This document shows positions 1-9,172 of a stretch of 32,000 nucleotides of DNA, piece by piece. The DNA lies in the NCBI RefSeq assembly GCF_000012345.1, contig NC_007205.1, forward strand, positions 1,230,001 to 1,262,000, in the 5' to 3' direction. Below the pieces are notes generated by a model. That model saw only the letters and a list, made by a program, of their open reading frames with translations. It had not been told where the DNA came from and made no database searches. Position numbers and translations under genes: made by a program. Origin of the DNA: Candidatus Pelagibacter ubique HTCC1062 (lineage in GTDB: Bacteria; Pseudomonadota; Alphaproteobacteria; Pelagibacterales; Pelagibacteraceae). Every line of letters starts with the position of its first letter. Position 1 is the first letter of the stretch.

Positions 1-1
1 A

Positions 2-538
2 ATTTTATGTACTGGATATCTTCATCATTTCCCTTTTATATCTGAAGATCTTAAATTAAAAACTGGCAATAGATTGTATCCACCAATGCTATACAAAGGT
101 GTAGTTTGGCAAAATAATCACAAATTAATGTATTTAGGTATGCAAGATCAATTTCATACTTTTAATATGTTTGATTGTCAGGCTTGGTTTGCAAGGGATG
201 TTATAATGGGAAAAATTAAAGTTCCAAATGACTCTGAAATTGAAAAAGATATTAATAAATGGGTATCAATGGAAGAAAAATTGGAAAATCCTGAACAAAT
301 GATAGATTTTCAAACTGAGTACACCAAAGAACTTCATGATTTATCTGATTATCCTAAAATTAATTTTGAATTAATTAGAAAAACTTTTAAAGAATGGGAA
401 CATCATAAAGTGGAAAATATAATGACTTATAGAAATAAATCATTTGCTTCACCAGTGACAGGCTCTGTTGGACCAATTCACCATACACCATGGGAAGAAG
501 CTATGGATGACTCTTTAAAAACATTTTTAAATAAATAA
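2..538 (+). CDS. tmm: Flavin-containing monooxygenase, trimethylamine monooxygenase-like; C-terminal part only (5' end lies outside the window)
   Basis: Frame 2 is open from the window edge (ILCTGYLHHFPFISEDLKLKTGNRLYPPMLYKGVVW...), so the Met at 74 in the ORF track is internal. The LCTGY..FPF block and the following YLGMQDQ..FNMFD.QAW.ARDV region are typical of bacterial FMO/Tmm C-termini. It sits next to a TMAO transporter and tdm. Confidence 0.8.
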   Translation: MLCTGYLHHFPFISEDLKLKTGNRLYPPMLYKGVVWQNNHKLMYLGMQDQFHTFNMFDCQAWFARDVIMGKIKVPNDSEIEKDINKWVSMEEKLENPEQMIDFQTEYTKELHDLSDYPKINFELIRKTFKEWEHHKVENIMTYRNKSFASPVTGSVGPIHHTPWEEAMDDSLKTFLNK

Positions 539-570
539 AAGATTTATTATCTAGTTTAAGAGAATATTAG

Positions 571-2724
571 CTATCCTATACCAAGGTGTTTTTTTCTTTT
601 CCCAACCCACGTTCTGATTAAATGGTCAAATATTAGGCCAATAAAAGCAACACAAAGTCCCAATGTCAATCCTATACCTGCACCCTTTTTATCAGATAGA
701 GCTTTTAGAATGTACTGTCCTAAATCTTCTGTTCCAATAAAAGCCCCAATAATTACCATGAACAAAGCAAATACAATTGTTTGATTTAAACCAAGCATCA
801 TGTGAGGAAAAGCTAAAGGGAATTCAATTTTTAATAACCTTTGTACTTTATTTACACCTGACATTGTGGCAGCGTCATGTAAAGCTTCTGGAACACTTCT
901 TAAACCTTCAATAGTATACCTTGTTGCAGGTATAGTTGCATAAACTATTACAGCAATTAATACTGAAGTATCTGTAACTCCAAAAAGCATCATCACAGGA
1001 ATCAAGTATACAAACGAAGGGAAGGTTTGAAAGATATCACAAACGCCCAGCATAAAATTTGCAGTATGCTTGTTTTGAAATGATATAATTCCAACTGTAA
1101 ATCCAATTATAGTGGATATAAAAACTCCAAAAGTTGCCATGTACAATGTAACTAAAGCTCTATCCCACCAAGGACTCAATGCAATAAATAAAGTTAATCC
1201 GCCCACTACAAGAGCTGAACGAATTCCTCCAATTATATAACCCGCTCCAATGACTAAAACTAAAGTAGCAACTGCTGGCATTCTTAAATATAAAGCTCTC
1301 ATGGGTTGCAACACATCTACTATCAACCAAGTATTAAAAATCTTTAAAGTATGAAAGAAAGTATCCCAAATCCAATCCACACCTTTATTCCAAAAATCTG
1401 CTGTTGATATTCCTTTATTGTGAGGAACTTCAAATAAATAATTAGACCCATCTTTAAAATAAAATGACCCCAGATATGAAAAAATAATTCCTAGAATTAC
1501 AGCAGCTGCAAAAAATAATATATTTTTATTACGCTGAAAATAAGTCAAGTTACCAAAATAATCTATTTGCTTATTTGCCCAAGCTAAGGACATCTTATCC
1601 AAAAGTATTGCAATCAAACTAATACATAAACCAGCCTCTAATGCTAATCCAATATTTAGCTGGTTTAATGCTAATAATAAATTAAACCCTAAACCTTTTG
1701 CTCCTATAAAAGCTGAAATAACTGCCATAGAAAAACACACCATTATGACCTGGTTAACTCCAATTAAAATATCTCTTCTAGCAGTAGGAATTAATACTTT
1801 AGTCATCAGTTGCCAATTATTACACCCACTCATTCTACCAGCCTCAATAACCTCAGAGGGTATTCCTCTTAGACCTAACAAGGTTAATAATATCATTGGT
1901 GGAACCGCTACAACCATAGTTATAATAACTGCAGCATGATCACCAATGCCAAAAAGAACAATTGCAGGAACTAATACTGCGTATTGAGGCATAGTTTGCA
2001 TAACCAAAAGTATTGGATATAAGAATTTTTCTACACGTTTGCTTTTAAATGCCATAACTCCAAAAGTTAAACCAAAAAGAAAAGAAAGTGGTGCTGCTAC
2101 TAATATAAAAGAAAGAGTTTGCATCGAAGGTTTCCATTGACCAAAAACAGAAATATAAATCATGACTAAACCTGCAAATAAAGCTAAGCCTTTACCGCTT
2201 AATTTATATCCAAGTATTACCGCACCTGCTGTAACGATTGTCCAAGGTAATCCTGGCAGTTCTGCCCATGGATTTGCATCTATCCAATCCCAACTACTAA
2301 ATGAAACAATTGTTTCAACACCTCCTAATAAAATTTCTCTTATTAACTCTATAAGAAACGTCATAAATGAAGTTAAATTTCTTGTAATTTGTAAAAGTAG
2401 AGGTTGAGTTCTGAACTCTTGAATGTCTTCATTCCAAAACTCCATTGGCATCCATTCATTCATTAAAAAAAATAAAGAATCGTTTATCCAAATAGGCAAC
2501 CATCCAAGTAAAGGTGGTAGTCTCCAAAAAACATCAAACGCATAATATCTCACCTCAGCACCAAATAATGTGTAAGTACTTTGATTAGGGTCTTTAATGA
2601 ATTCGGCTTGGCCTCTTATAAAATTATAAGTTTCAGGAACTTCTATTGCAAAACATAAGCTAAAAAATACAATTAACAAAAATAACCATTGAAAAAATTT
2701 TGGATATTTTTTTAATAATTCCAT
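571..2724 (-). CDS. tmoW: ABC transporter permease, betaine/choline/TMAO (OpuAB/ProW) family; two fused permease domains (717 aa)
   Basis: Highly hydrophobic polytopic protein. It has two copies of the OpuAB-type motif region (..TMPQYAVLVPAIVLFGIG.. and ..TFPSFVYLIPVMMLFGVT..). It starts 9 nt downstream of the ATPase gene. The tmoW symbol is assigned by context (tmoX/tdm neighbours), not proven. Confidence 0.8.
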   Translation of the reverse strand: MELLKKYPKFFQWLFLLIVFFSLCFAIEVPETYNFIRGQAEFIKDPNQSTYTLFGAEVRYYAFDVFWRLPPLLGWLPIWINDSLFFLMNEWMPMEFWNEDIQEFRTQPLLLQITRNLTSFMTFLIELIREILLGGVETIVSFSSWDWIDANPWAELPGLPWTIVTAGAVILGYKLSGKGLALFAGLVMIYISVFGQWKPSMQTLSFILVAAPLSFLFGLTFGVMAFKSKRVEKFLYPILLVMQTMPQYAVLVPAIVLFGIGDHAAVIITMVVAVPPMILLTLLGLRGIPSEVIEAGRMSGCNNWQLMTKVLIPTARRDILIGVNQVIMVCFSMAVISAFIGAKGLGFNLLLALNQLNIGLALEAGLCISLIAILLDKMSLAWANKQIDYFGNLTYFQRNKNILFFAAAVILGIIFSYLGSFYFKDGSNYLFEVPHNKGISTADFWNKGVDWIWDTFFHTLKIFNTWLIVDVLQPMRALYLRMPAVATLVLVIGAGYIIGGIRSALVVGGLTLFIALSPWWDRALVTLYMATFGVFISTIIGFTVGIISFQNKHTANFMLGVCDIFQTFPSFVYLIPVMMLFGVTDTSVLIAVIVYATIPATRYTIEGLRSVPEALHDAATMSGVNKVQRLLKIEFPLAFPHMMLGLNQTIVFALFMVIIGAFIGTEDLGQYILKALSDKKGAGIGLTLGLCVAFIGLIFDHLIRTWVGKRKKHLGIG

Positions 2725-2733
2725 ATTTTGCCT

Positions 2734-3759
2734 TTATTTTTTCTCCCTTGAAAAAACAGTATGAATTATTTTTGAGGGGTGAACGCTTCCAACAATTTTA
2801 TTATTTTCATCTGTAACAGCTACAGATTTTTCTTGAGTTAAAATTTTTTCAGCCACATTTTCAATTATTTCATTTTTCGAAACTTTGAAATCACTTAAAT
2901 TTTCAGTTTCTGGTTTTTCCATTAGATCTGCTATTTTTAGAACCTTTCCCCTAGGTACTTCTTCGGTAAATTTTCTTACATATTCAGTTGCTGGATTTAA
3001 GACAATGTTGGCGGGTGTATCCAATTGCTCAATAACTCCATCCTTCATAATTGCAATACGGTCAGCAAGTCTTAATGCCTCATCAAAATCATGAGTAATA
3101 AACATAATTGTTTTTTGTAACTTTTCTTGAAGTCTTAAAAATTCATCCTGCATTTCTTTTCTAATTAATGGATCTAATGCAGAAAATGGTTCATCTAAAA
3201 ACCAAATATCGGGCTCAACCGCTAATGATCGAGCAATACCTACTCTTTGTTGTTGTCCACCAGAAAGTTCTCTTGGAAAGTAGTTTTCTCTTCCATCAAG
3301 ACCTACAAGTTTAACCATTTCCATTGCTTTATTGATGCTATCTTGAGTTTTAATCCCTTTGATTTGAAGTGGAAAAGCAATATTTTCAACAACTGTTTTA
3401 TGAGGCAGTAAAGCAAAACTTTGAAAAACCATTCCCATCTTATTTCTTCTAAGTTCAATTAATTCTTTATTATTTAGTGTAAGTAAATCTTGACCGTCTA
3501 TATAAATTTTTCCGCTTGTTGCATCTGTTAATCTAGAAATACATCTTAGTAATGTTGATTTTCCTGAACCAGATAGCCCCATCACAACTAACATTTCACC
3601 TTTTACAACTTCAAAAGAGGCATTATTTACACCAACTATACACCCATTATCTTGAAATGTTTTTGCATCCACATTTCCATTTGCTTCATGAAGCATCTTC
3701 TTGGCGTTAGAGCCAAAAATTTTGTAAACTGATTCACATTTAATTACAGGATCGCTCAT
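2734..3759 (-). CDS. tmoV: ABC transporter ATP-binding protein, OpuAA/ProV-like (betaine/TMAO importer ATPase)
   Basis: Walker A GLSGSGKST, ABC signature LSGGQQQRV, Walker B IWFLDEPFSALD, H-loop ITHD. The C-terminal extension resembles the regulatory tail of ProV/OpuAA. Confidence 0.88.
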   Translation of the reverse strand: MSDPVIKCESVYKIFGSNAKKMLHEANGNVDAKTFQDNGCIVGVNNASFEVVKGEMLVVMGLSGSGKSTLLRCISRLTDATSGKIYIDGQDLLTLNNKELIELRRNKMGMVFQSFALLPHKTVVENIAFPLQIKGIKTQDSINKAMEMVKLVGLDGRENYFPRELSGGQQQRVGIARSLAVEPDIWFLDEPFSALDPLIRKEMQDEFLRLQEKLQKTIMFITHDFDEALRLADRIAIMKDGVIEQLDTPANIVLNPATEYVRKFTEEVPRGKVLKIADLMEKPETENLSDFKVSKNEIIENVAEKILTQEKSVAVTDENNKIVGSVHPSKIIHTVFSREKK

Positions 3760-3831
3760 AATGTATTAATAAGTTATACGAAATAGAAATAAAATACACT
3801 GTATATTATTTTTATTTATTGTTTTTCCTCC

Positions 3832-4380
3832 TTAAAAATTTTTAATAAAATAAACTCTTGTATCAATACCAGTACTTAAAAAACTTAAAGCTTCACCAGT
3901 AACAGTAATTGTTTCATCTATCCCAATGTTATTTCCACTTACCGTATAACCTGTAATACATTTGTTTTTGTCTTTGTCCCATTTAACAAATGTTTCATCA
4001 ATTAGATTTCCATTCTTAGTATAAATTTCATGTGCCTTAAAATTTAAAAAATTTGCACCCATAATTGCACGTTGTGGAATAAGTTTTGTTGCATTACAAA
4101 CTGCCTCATACAATTCATCTGTTAATTTAAAATGATTCGTTCCATCAAAAGTTACTAAAATACCTGATGGAAGACTTGATGTCAGTTCACTTAGTTTTCT
4201 TTCTTTTGCAATTCTTTCTTCTTCTATTTTCATCTTTTTAACTAATTCATCTCCTTGACCAAAAAAGATATTTAGAGTTACAAAAAATAAAATTACAACA
4301 ACGGTAACTGAAATAAGACCAACAAATTGATTAAGTGCATGAGGTAAGTTTCTTAATTTATCTAAATATTTTTTTTCCAT
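3832..4380 (-). CDS. Hypothetical membrane-anchored (N-terminal TM helix) exported protein
   Basis: The longest ORF reaches 4419 but would overlap the upstream gene by 28 nt. The internal Met at 4380 (MEKKYLDKLRNLPHALNQFVGLISVTVVVILFFVTL...) leaves an 11-nt gap. It has one hydrophobic helix, then a charged coiled segment and a soluble domain with 2 Cys. No family recognised. Confidence 0.55.
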   Translation of the reverse strand: MEKKYLDKLRNLPHALNQFVGLISVTVVVILFFVTLNIFFGQGDELVKKMKIEEERIAKERKLSELTSSLPSGILVTFDGTNHFKLTDELYEAVCNATKLIPQRAIMGANFLNFKAHEIYTKNGNLIDETFVKWDKDKNKCITGYTVSGNNIGIDETITVTGEALSFLSTGIDTRVYFIKNF

Positions 4381-4391
4381 TATTATTTTAA

Positions 4392-4769
4392 TTATTCTTG
4401 TAACTTCCCATTTTTCCAAATTCCTATTTTTTCCTTTCCATCGGACCAGGTAAATTTTCCTTCACCATTCATGAAGCCATTAGTCCATTCCCCATCATAA
4501 GTTGAGCCATCAGGAAAAGTTAAAATACCTTGACCACTCCATTCGCTATTTTTAAATTCACCTTTATAAATATAGCCATTTGGCCAAGTTTCAGTTCCAT
4601 TACCCTCTTTTTGCGTCTGAACCCACTCTCCTTCATAGGTGGTTTTATCTGTGTACACCCATTTTCCAAAGCCGTTTTCACAGTTTCCCTCTTTACATCC
4701 GGTACTTCGGGCTAGGGCTATAGATGTGGTTAAAAAACTTAAAATAATACAAATAAGATATTTTTTCAT
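4392..4769 (-). CDS. Exported MORN-repeat protein (125 aa)
   Basis: N-terminal signal peptide (MKKYLICIILSFLTTSIALA). It is followed by 3-4 MORN-type repeats (YEGEWVQTQKEGNG / YIYKGEFKNSEWSGQG / STYDGEWTNGFMNGEG). Confidence 0.7.
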   Translation of the reverse strand: MKKYLICIILSFLTTSIALARSTGCKEGNCENGFGKWVYTDKTTYEGEWVQTQKEGNGTETWPNGYIYKGEFKNSEWSGQGILTFPDGSTYDGEWTNGFMNGEGKFTWSDGKEKIGIWKNGKLQE

Positions 4770-4803
4770 TATTATATTTTACACAAAATTAGATAAAAAA
4801 AAA

Positions 4804-5283
4804 TCAGACTTTTTTCTCATTTTTTTTACATGAATAAAAAGAAATATCTTTTTCAGAGTTTTCACTTTTCATGTCTCTTGTAATTTCATGAATTAATTCA
4901 CCAGATTTTCTATTTATAATTCCTGATTCAGAGTAGTTTTTTTCTTCATCAATAGCTTTAAATAAAACTACGTCTTTGTTTACTATTCTAACTGTTAGTT
5001 TTTCTTTTTTTGAAAGAAATGAAGATAATCCATTTATTAAAAGTGTTTTTGGTTGTTTTGCATTGATTTCAAATTTATCTAAATCTTTATCCTCTAAATC
5101 CTTAGCTAAAAAAGTTTGATAATTATATTCTGCATTCTTAACTATTTTTTTTTCTAATTCACATACAAAGCTAAGACTAATATTTTCCTCTATATTCACA
5201 TCTTGTGCTAAAGAAAAATTAAAAACAAATAAACTTATGGAAATGTAAAAAAAATATTTCATAACTTGTATAATTTTTTTCAT
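4804..5283 (-). CDS. Hypothetical exported protein (159 aa)
   Basis: Signal-peptide-like N-terminus (…ISISLFVFNFSLA/QD). Lys/Glu-rich mature part with two Cys (positions 41 and 152). No recognisable family. Confidence 0.5.
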   Translation of the reverse strand: MKKIIQVMKYFFYISISLFVFNFSLAQDVNIEENISLSFVCELEKKIVKNAEYNYQTFLAKDLEDKDLDKFEINAKQPKTLLINGLSSFLSKKEKLTVRIVNKDVVLFKAIDEEKNYSESGIINRKSGELIHEITRDMKSENSEKDISFYSCKKNEKKV

Positions 5284-5317
5284 TAATAATATGAATGTTT
5301 CTTGAAAAATTACCTAT

Positions 5318-5350
5318 AAAAAAATCCCCCCCAATAAATATTGGGGGAGA
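5318..5350 (-). terminator. Rho-independent terminator downstream of tmoX
   Basis: On the minus strand: stem CCCCCAAT / ATTGGGGG (5328-5335 pairs with 5340-5347), 4-nt loop, followed by a T7 run (plus-strand A run 5318-5324). The C/G runs stand out in this AT-rich sequence. Confidence 0.7.
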
Positions 5351-5373
5351 TCTTAAATTATTTGTTTATATCC

Positions 5374-6318
5374 TTATTTAGTAAAAGGAGTCCAAACTGA
5401 CTTATTATCTGCAAGCCACTTTTTAGCTGCATCTTCGTGAGTCATTTTGTCAACGTCAACTAAAGCAGCCATTGCACCAATGTGACTTGTAGAGAATGAC
5501 ATCTTTTTAAACGTTGCAGCCGCAGCTGGATGAGTTTTTGGAAAGTCTGCATTTACAGCTTTTTTCAAGTAACCATCAGGCGAACCACATTTACCGTCAC
5601 CACCATCTTCTGGTCTACAACCAGCAGTATATGGAGGGAAGTCTATAAATGTAAAACCAGCACCATCTGTAAAGTTTGGTGTCCAGTTGAATATTATAGT
5701 TCCTCTTCCTTCTTTTTCAGCAGCTACTAATTCTGCCCAAAGTGCATCTGCACTTCCAGCAAATTTAACTGTCCAAAGATCTCCTAAGCCTAAAGCATCA
5801 ACCCTTTGAGGTATCAAATCTCCATGCCAAGTTTGAGGTCCTTCTAACATTCTTCCTTTTCCACCTGAGTCAGGTGTTGTAAAGTTTTTAGCACAAGCTG
5901 GATTTTTTAAAGCAGTCCAATCTGGTAGACCTGGACATAATCCTTTTTCAGCAACCCAGTTTGGATATCCCATATCTTCAAGCGTTCGAGCTTCATGATC
6001 TCCCCAATCAACTAAACCACCTTTATCAAGCGCTGTAGTAAATGATTTACCAAAAGCAGATTCCCAAACTTCATGAGATAAACTTACATCACCTAGACGA
6101 ATTGACTCATACACAGCTTGTGAATCAGTATTTACGTATTTTACGTTATTTCCCATACTTTCGAAAATTCCACCAATAACGTGAGCCATTACAATTTGGC
6201 TTGACCAGTTATGAGTTGGAATTACGATGGGCTTTTTACTGTCTGCTGCGTTAGAAATTCCAGCGAAACTTACTACTGAAATTACTAGGGCAGACATTAA
6301 TGATACTATTTTTTTCAT
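5374..6318 (-). CDS. tmoX: Periplasmic substrate-binding protein, glycine betaine/choline/TMAO (OpuAC-like) family
   Basis: Signal peptide MKKIVSLMSALVISVVSFAGISNA, and an OpuAC-type fold signature (NWSSQ.., Trp-rich aromatic-box residues). Strong SD (GGGAGAGAGAATAATG). Divergently placed next to tdm. Substrate assignment is by context. Confidence 0.8.
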   Translation of the reverse strand: MKKIVSLMSALVISVVSFAGISNAADSKKPIVIPTHNWSSQIVMAHVIGGIFESMGNNVKYVNTDSQAVYESIRLGDVSLSHEVWESAFGKSFTTALDKGGLVDWGDHEARTLEDMGYPNWVAEKGLCPGLPDWTALKNPACAKNFTTPDSGGKGRMLEGPQTWHGDLIPQRVDALGLGDLWTVKFAGSADALWAELVAAEKEGRGTIIFNWTPNFTDGAGFTFIDFPPYTAGCRPEDGGDGKCGSPDGYLKKAVNADFPKTHPAAAATFKKMSFSTSHIGAMAALVDVDKMTHEDAAKKWLADNKSVWTPFTK

Positions 6319-6433
6319 TATTCTCTCTCCCTTAATATTAAGTTATAGAAGTATGTTCTCATTTATTAAATTTATAGTCAATCCCTTATGAATATATTAT
6401 GCTTAAGGTAATTTATCAAAATTTACACTGGCA

Positions 6434-8761
6434 ATGCTACATACTAGTAAAGATATACGAAGTCCTGGTTTAAGAACGTTACCACCTGGAGTTGAAAGAT
6501 ATTTTGTAAGAGGTGGAGGTTTATCAATTATAGAAGTTTTACCAGAAGATAAAATAGAAATAATAAATGAAGAAGGAAAACAAATTTGTGAAATAATTGT
6601 TTTTAATTCAAAAGGTAAATCTGATTTATCTATTTTAAATTTAAAAGAAAATTCTAACGCAGATTTTTCAAAAAAAACTATCTCAAACGATGAAAAAATT
6701 TCAAAAATTTTAAAGAAAAAAAACTTAAATTTAAGTAATGCTAAAGCATCTATCATTTTTAACGATGATTGCTTGATGGGTGAAAAAATAACACTAACCT
6801 CAAAAGATAAATGCATTGTAATGATTGCTGCACCTGGTGATGCAATGAATGTTCATGAACAAAATCCTCCAACAGATTTAACGATTTATTTAAATAAAGC
6901 TAAATTTATTGAAACTGATGAACAATTTATCTTACCAGATCCACTTAGTGATCCAATTATAGAACAACTTGTAAAAAGAAGAACTGCTGAAACCTACAGT
7001 GTTAAAGCTGGTGAATATATTCAAATAATTGATCCAGGTGGAAGACAGTGTTCTGATTTTTTAGCTTTTGATACACAAAAATTAAATGACGGTATTGAAA
7101 GCATTATTGATGATAAAACAACACGAACCTTTATGGGTGGTGCCTACCCTGGGCCAGGATTATTTTCAAAGTTTTATGACGGCGATCATGAAGCTATGAT
7201 TGAAGTTGTGAGAGATACCGTTGGAAGACATGATACTTTCAATCTTGCTTGCACATCAAAATACTATGAAGACATGGGATATATGGGGCACATAAATTGT
7301 ACAGATAATTTTAATAATAGGCTGGATAAATATGACATCAATTCTCGAAAAAGCTGGTCTGCAATAAATCTTTTTTTCAATACTGCTATTGACGCTAATA
7401 ATGTTGCATCTTTTGATGAGCCTTGGTCAAGACCAGGGGATTATGTTTTGTTTAGGGCTTTAAAAGATTTAACTTGTATATCCTCTGCTTGCCCATGTGA
7501 TGTAGATGCTGCAAATGGCTGGAATCCAACTGATATTTTTGTTAGGACTTATTCAAAGGAAAAAAAATATTCAAAAGCAATAGCATTTAGAATGAAAACA
7601 GACTCAGAGCCTAAATTAACACAAGAGACAGGGTTTCATAAAAAAACTTCTGAGCTAACAAGAAATTTTGTTGAGTATAAAGGTTTTTGGCTTGCTAATA
7701 ATTTTACAAATTCAGGAACAATAAAAGAGTATACGGCTTGTAGAGAAAGTGCGATTGCAACAGACTTATCACCTCTTAGAAAGTTTGAAATTCTTGGACC
7801 TGATGCAGAAAATTTAATGCAATACACACTTACTAGAAATGTTAAAAAACTATCTATCGGACAAGTTGTTTATACAGCTATGTGTTATGAAAATGGCTGT
7901 ATGCTAGATGACGGTACTTTATTTAAATTAGGACAAGATAATTTTAGATGGATCGGTGGAGATGAATACAGTGGTGAATGGTTAAAAGAACAAGCTAAGA
8001 AGAAAAATTACAAAGTTTGGATAAAATCTGCAACAGATCATATTCATAACATTGCCGTTCAAGGTCCAAATAGTAGAAAAATTTTAGAAAAGTTTGTATG
8101 GACGGCGCCAATCCAACCATCAATCACTGAACTTGAATGGTTCAGATTTAATATTGCAAGAATAGATCATGAAACAGGTACGCCAATTGTTATTTCAAGA
8201 ACAGGTTACACGGGTGAACTTGGTTATGAAATATGGTGTCATCCAAAAGATGCTGCAGAAGTTTGGGATAAAGTTTGGGAAGCTGGTAAAGAGTTTGATA
8301 TTACCCCATTAGGTTTAGAAGCTTTAGACATGGTTCGTATAGAAGCTGGCCTTATTTTTTATGGTTATGAGTTTGACGATCAAACAGATCCATTTGAAGC
8401 TGGAATTGGTTTTACAGTTCCACTTAAAACTAAGGAAGATGATTTTATAGGTAAAGAAGAATTAATTAAAAGAAAAGCAAATCCACAAAAAAAATTAGTT
8501 GGTCTGGAATTAGTAGGTCATGAACCGGCATTACATGGAGATTGTGTTCATGTAGGTCGTGGTCAAGTAGGTGTAATAACAAGTGGAATGCTATCCCCTA
8601 AACTTGGAAAAAATATTGCGCTTTGTAGAATAGATGTAAAATATTCTGAGATTGGAACTGAAGTTGAAATTGGTAAACTTGATGGTCATCAAAAAAGAAT
8701 TGGAGCGAAAGTTGTACCTTTTCCTTTCTACGATCCAACAAAATCAAGAGTTAGAGCGTAA
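6434..8761 (+). CDS. tdm: Trimethylamine-N-oxide demethylase (DUF1989 N-terminal domain fused to GcvT-like aminomethyltransferase/THF-binding domain)
   Basis: 775 aa. The N-terminal half carries the DUF1989-type block AGEYIQIIDPGGRQCSDFLAFD. The C-terminal half carries GcvT motifs (ISRTGYTGELGYEIW, EALDMVRIEAGL). This fusion architecture is the hallmark of Tdm. Confidence 0.88.
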   Translation: MLHTSKDIRSPGLRTLPPGVERYFVRGGGLSIIEVLPEDKIEIINEEGKQICEIIVFNSKGKSDLSILNLKENSNADFSKKTISNDEKISKILKKKNLNLSNAKASIIFNDDCLMGEKITLTSKDKCIVMIAAPGDAMNVHEQNPPTDLTIYLNKAKFIETDEQFILPDPLSDPIIEQLVKRRTAETYSVKAGEYIQIIDPGGRQCSDFLAFDTQKLNDGIESIIDDKTTRTFMGGAYPGPGLFSKFYDGDHEAMIEVVRDTVGRHDTFNLACTSKYYEDMGYMGHINCTDNFNNRLDKYDINSRKSWSAINLFFNTAIDANNVASFDEPWSRPGDYVLFRALKDLTCISSACPCDVDAANGWNPTDIFVRTYSKEKKYSKAIAFRMKTDSEPKLTQETGFHKKTSELTRNFVEYKGFWLANNFTNSGTIKEYTACRESAIATDLSPLRKFEILGPDAENLMQYTLTRNVKKLSIGQVVYTAMCYENGCMLDDGTLFKLGQDNFRWIGGDEYSGEWLKEQAKKKNYKVWIKSATDHIHNIAVQGPNSRKILEKFVWTAPIQPSITELEWFRFNIARIDHETGTPIVISRTGYTGELGYEIWCHPKDAAEVWDKVWEAGKEFDITPLGLEALDMVRIEAGLIFYGYEFDDQTDPFEAGIGFTVPLKTKEDDFIGKEELIKRKANPQKKLVGLELVGHEPALHGDCVHVGRGQVGVITSGMLSPKLGKNIALCRIDVKYSEIGTEVEIGKLDGHQKRIGAKVVPFPFYDPTKSRVRA

Positions 8762-8764
8762 TAA

Positions 8765-9115
8765 ATGCCTAATAACAGTAAAGATCTTTTAAGTTTTTGG
8801 GAAGACCAAATGAAGCAATCCCATACTTCAAGCAACTATTTTTTTAGAAAATCCCCTTCTCATTATCATATGATGCTACTTGTAATGTCAGCTTACAAAC
8901 ATAATGAAAAGTTATCTGTTGAAGGGCTAAAGACAAAACTATTCAAAACTTCTAGACCAAAATCTGCATTGATTATTAATGAAGCTTGTGAAAAAGGATT
9001 CTTTCGTCTTGAAAAGACTTCAACTGACCAGCGAATAAAAAACATAGTGCCTAGTGAGACTTTTATTAATGAGTTTAAAGAATATTTAAATACACTGCAA
9101 AAGTTAAGTTATTAG
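8765..9115 (+). CDS. Small MarR-like winged-helix protein (116 aa), putative transcriptional regulator
   Basis: Starts 3 nt after the tdm stop (TAA TAA ATG). The segment LSVEGLKTKLFKTSRPKSALIINEACEKGFFRLEKTSTDQRIKNIVPSE matches the MarR wHTH pattern (recognition helix, then wing with D-x-R). It is shorter than typical MarR proteins. Confidence 0.55.
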   Translation: MPNNSKDLLSFWEDQMKQSHTSSNYFFRKSPSHYHMMLLVMSAYKHNEKLSVEGLKTKLFKTSRPKSALIINEACEKGFFRLEKTSTDQRIKNIVPSETFINEFKEYLNTLQKLSY

Positions 9116-9130
9116 TCACTTTTTAAAAAA

Positions 9131-9172
9131 ATCTATAATATATAATTTATATATATAATTTATAGATCTATA
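9131..9172. promoter_or_regulatory. AT-rich operator/promoter-like repeat cluster upstream of the SoxB-like gene
   Basis: Direct repeat TATAATTTATA at 9141-9151 and 9154-9164 (each contains a TATAAT -10-like hexamer). Perfect palindrome TATAGATCTATA at 9161-9172. Inverted repeat ATCTATAA (9131-9138) / TTATAGAT (9160-9167). Confidence 0.4.

Noticed and set aside
539-570. Terminator between convergent tmm and tmoW
   Set aside because: The 32-nt spacer shows no stable inverted repeat or T-run on either strand.
1745-2407. Two plus-strand ORFs (64 and 81 aa) inside the permease gene
   Set aside because: They are antisense shadow ORFs within a clearly coding polytopic permease. No independent signals support them.
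3832-5283. Mobile element or genomic island carrying the three small exported genes
   Set aside because: There is no integrase, transposase, flanking direct/inverted repeats or tRNA. I retained it only as a possible variable islet in the findings.
6403-6816. 137-aa minus-strand ORF overlapping the 5' end of tdm
   Set aside because: It is low-complexity (F/K/S/I-rich) and lies antisense to a well-supported tdm N-terminus. It also runs into the tmoX/tdm spacer and has no start context. This is a typical AT-rich shadow ORF.
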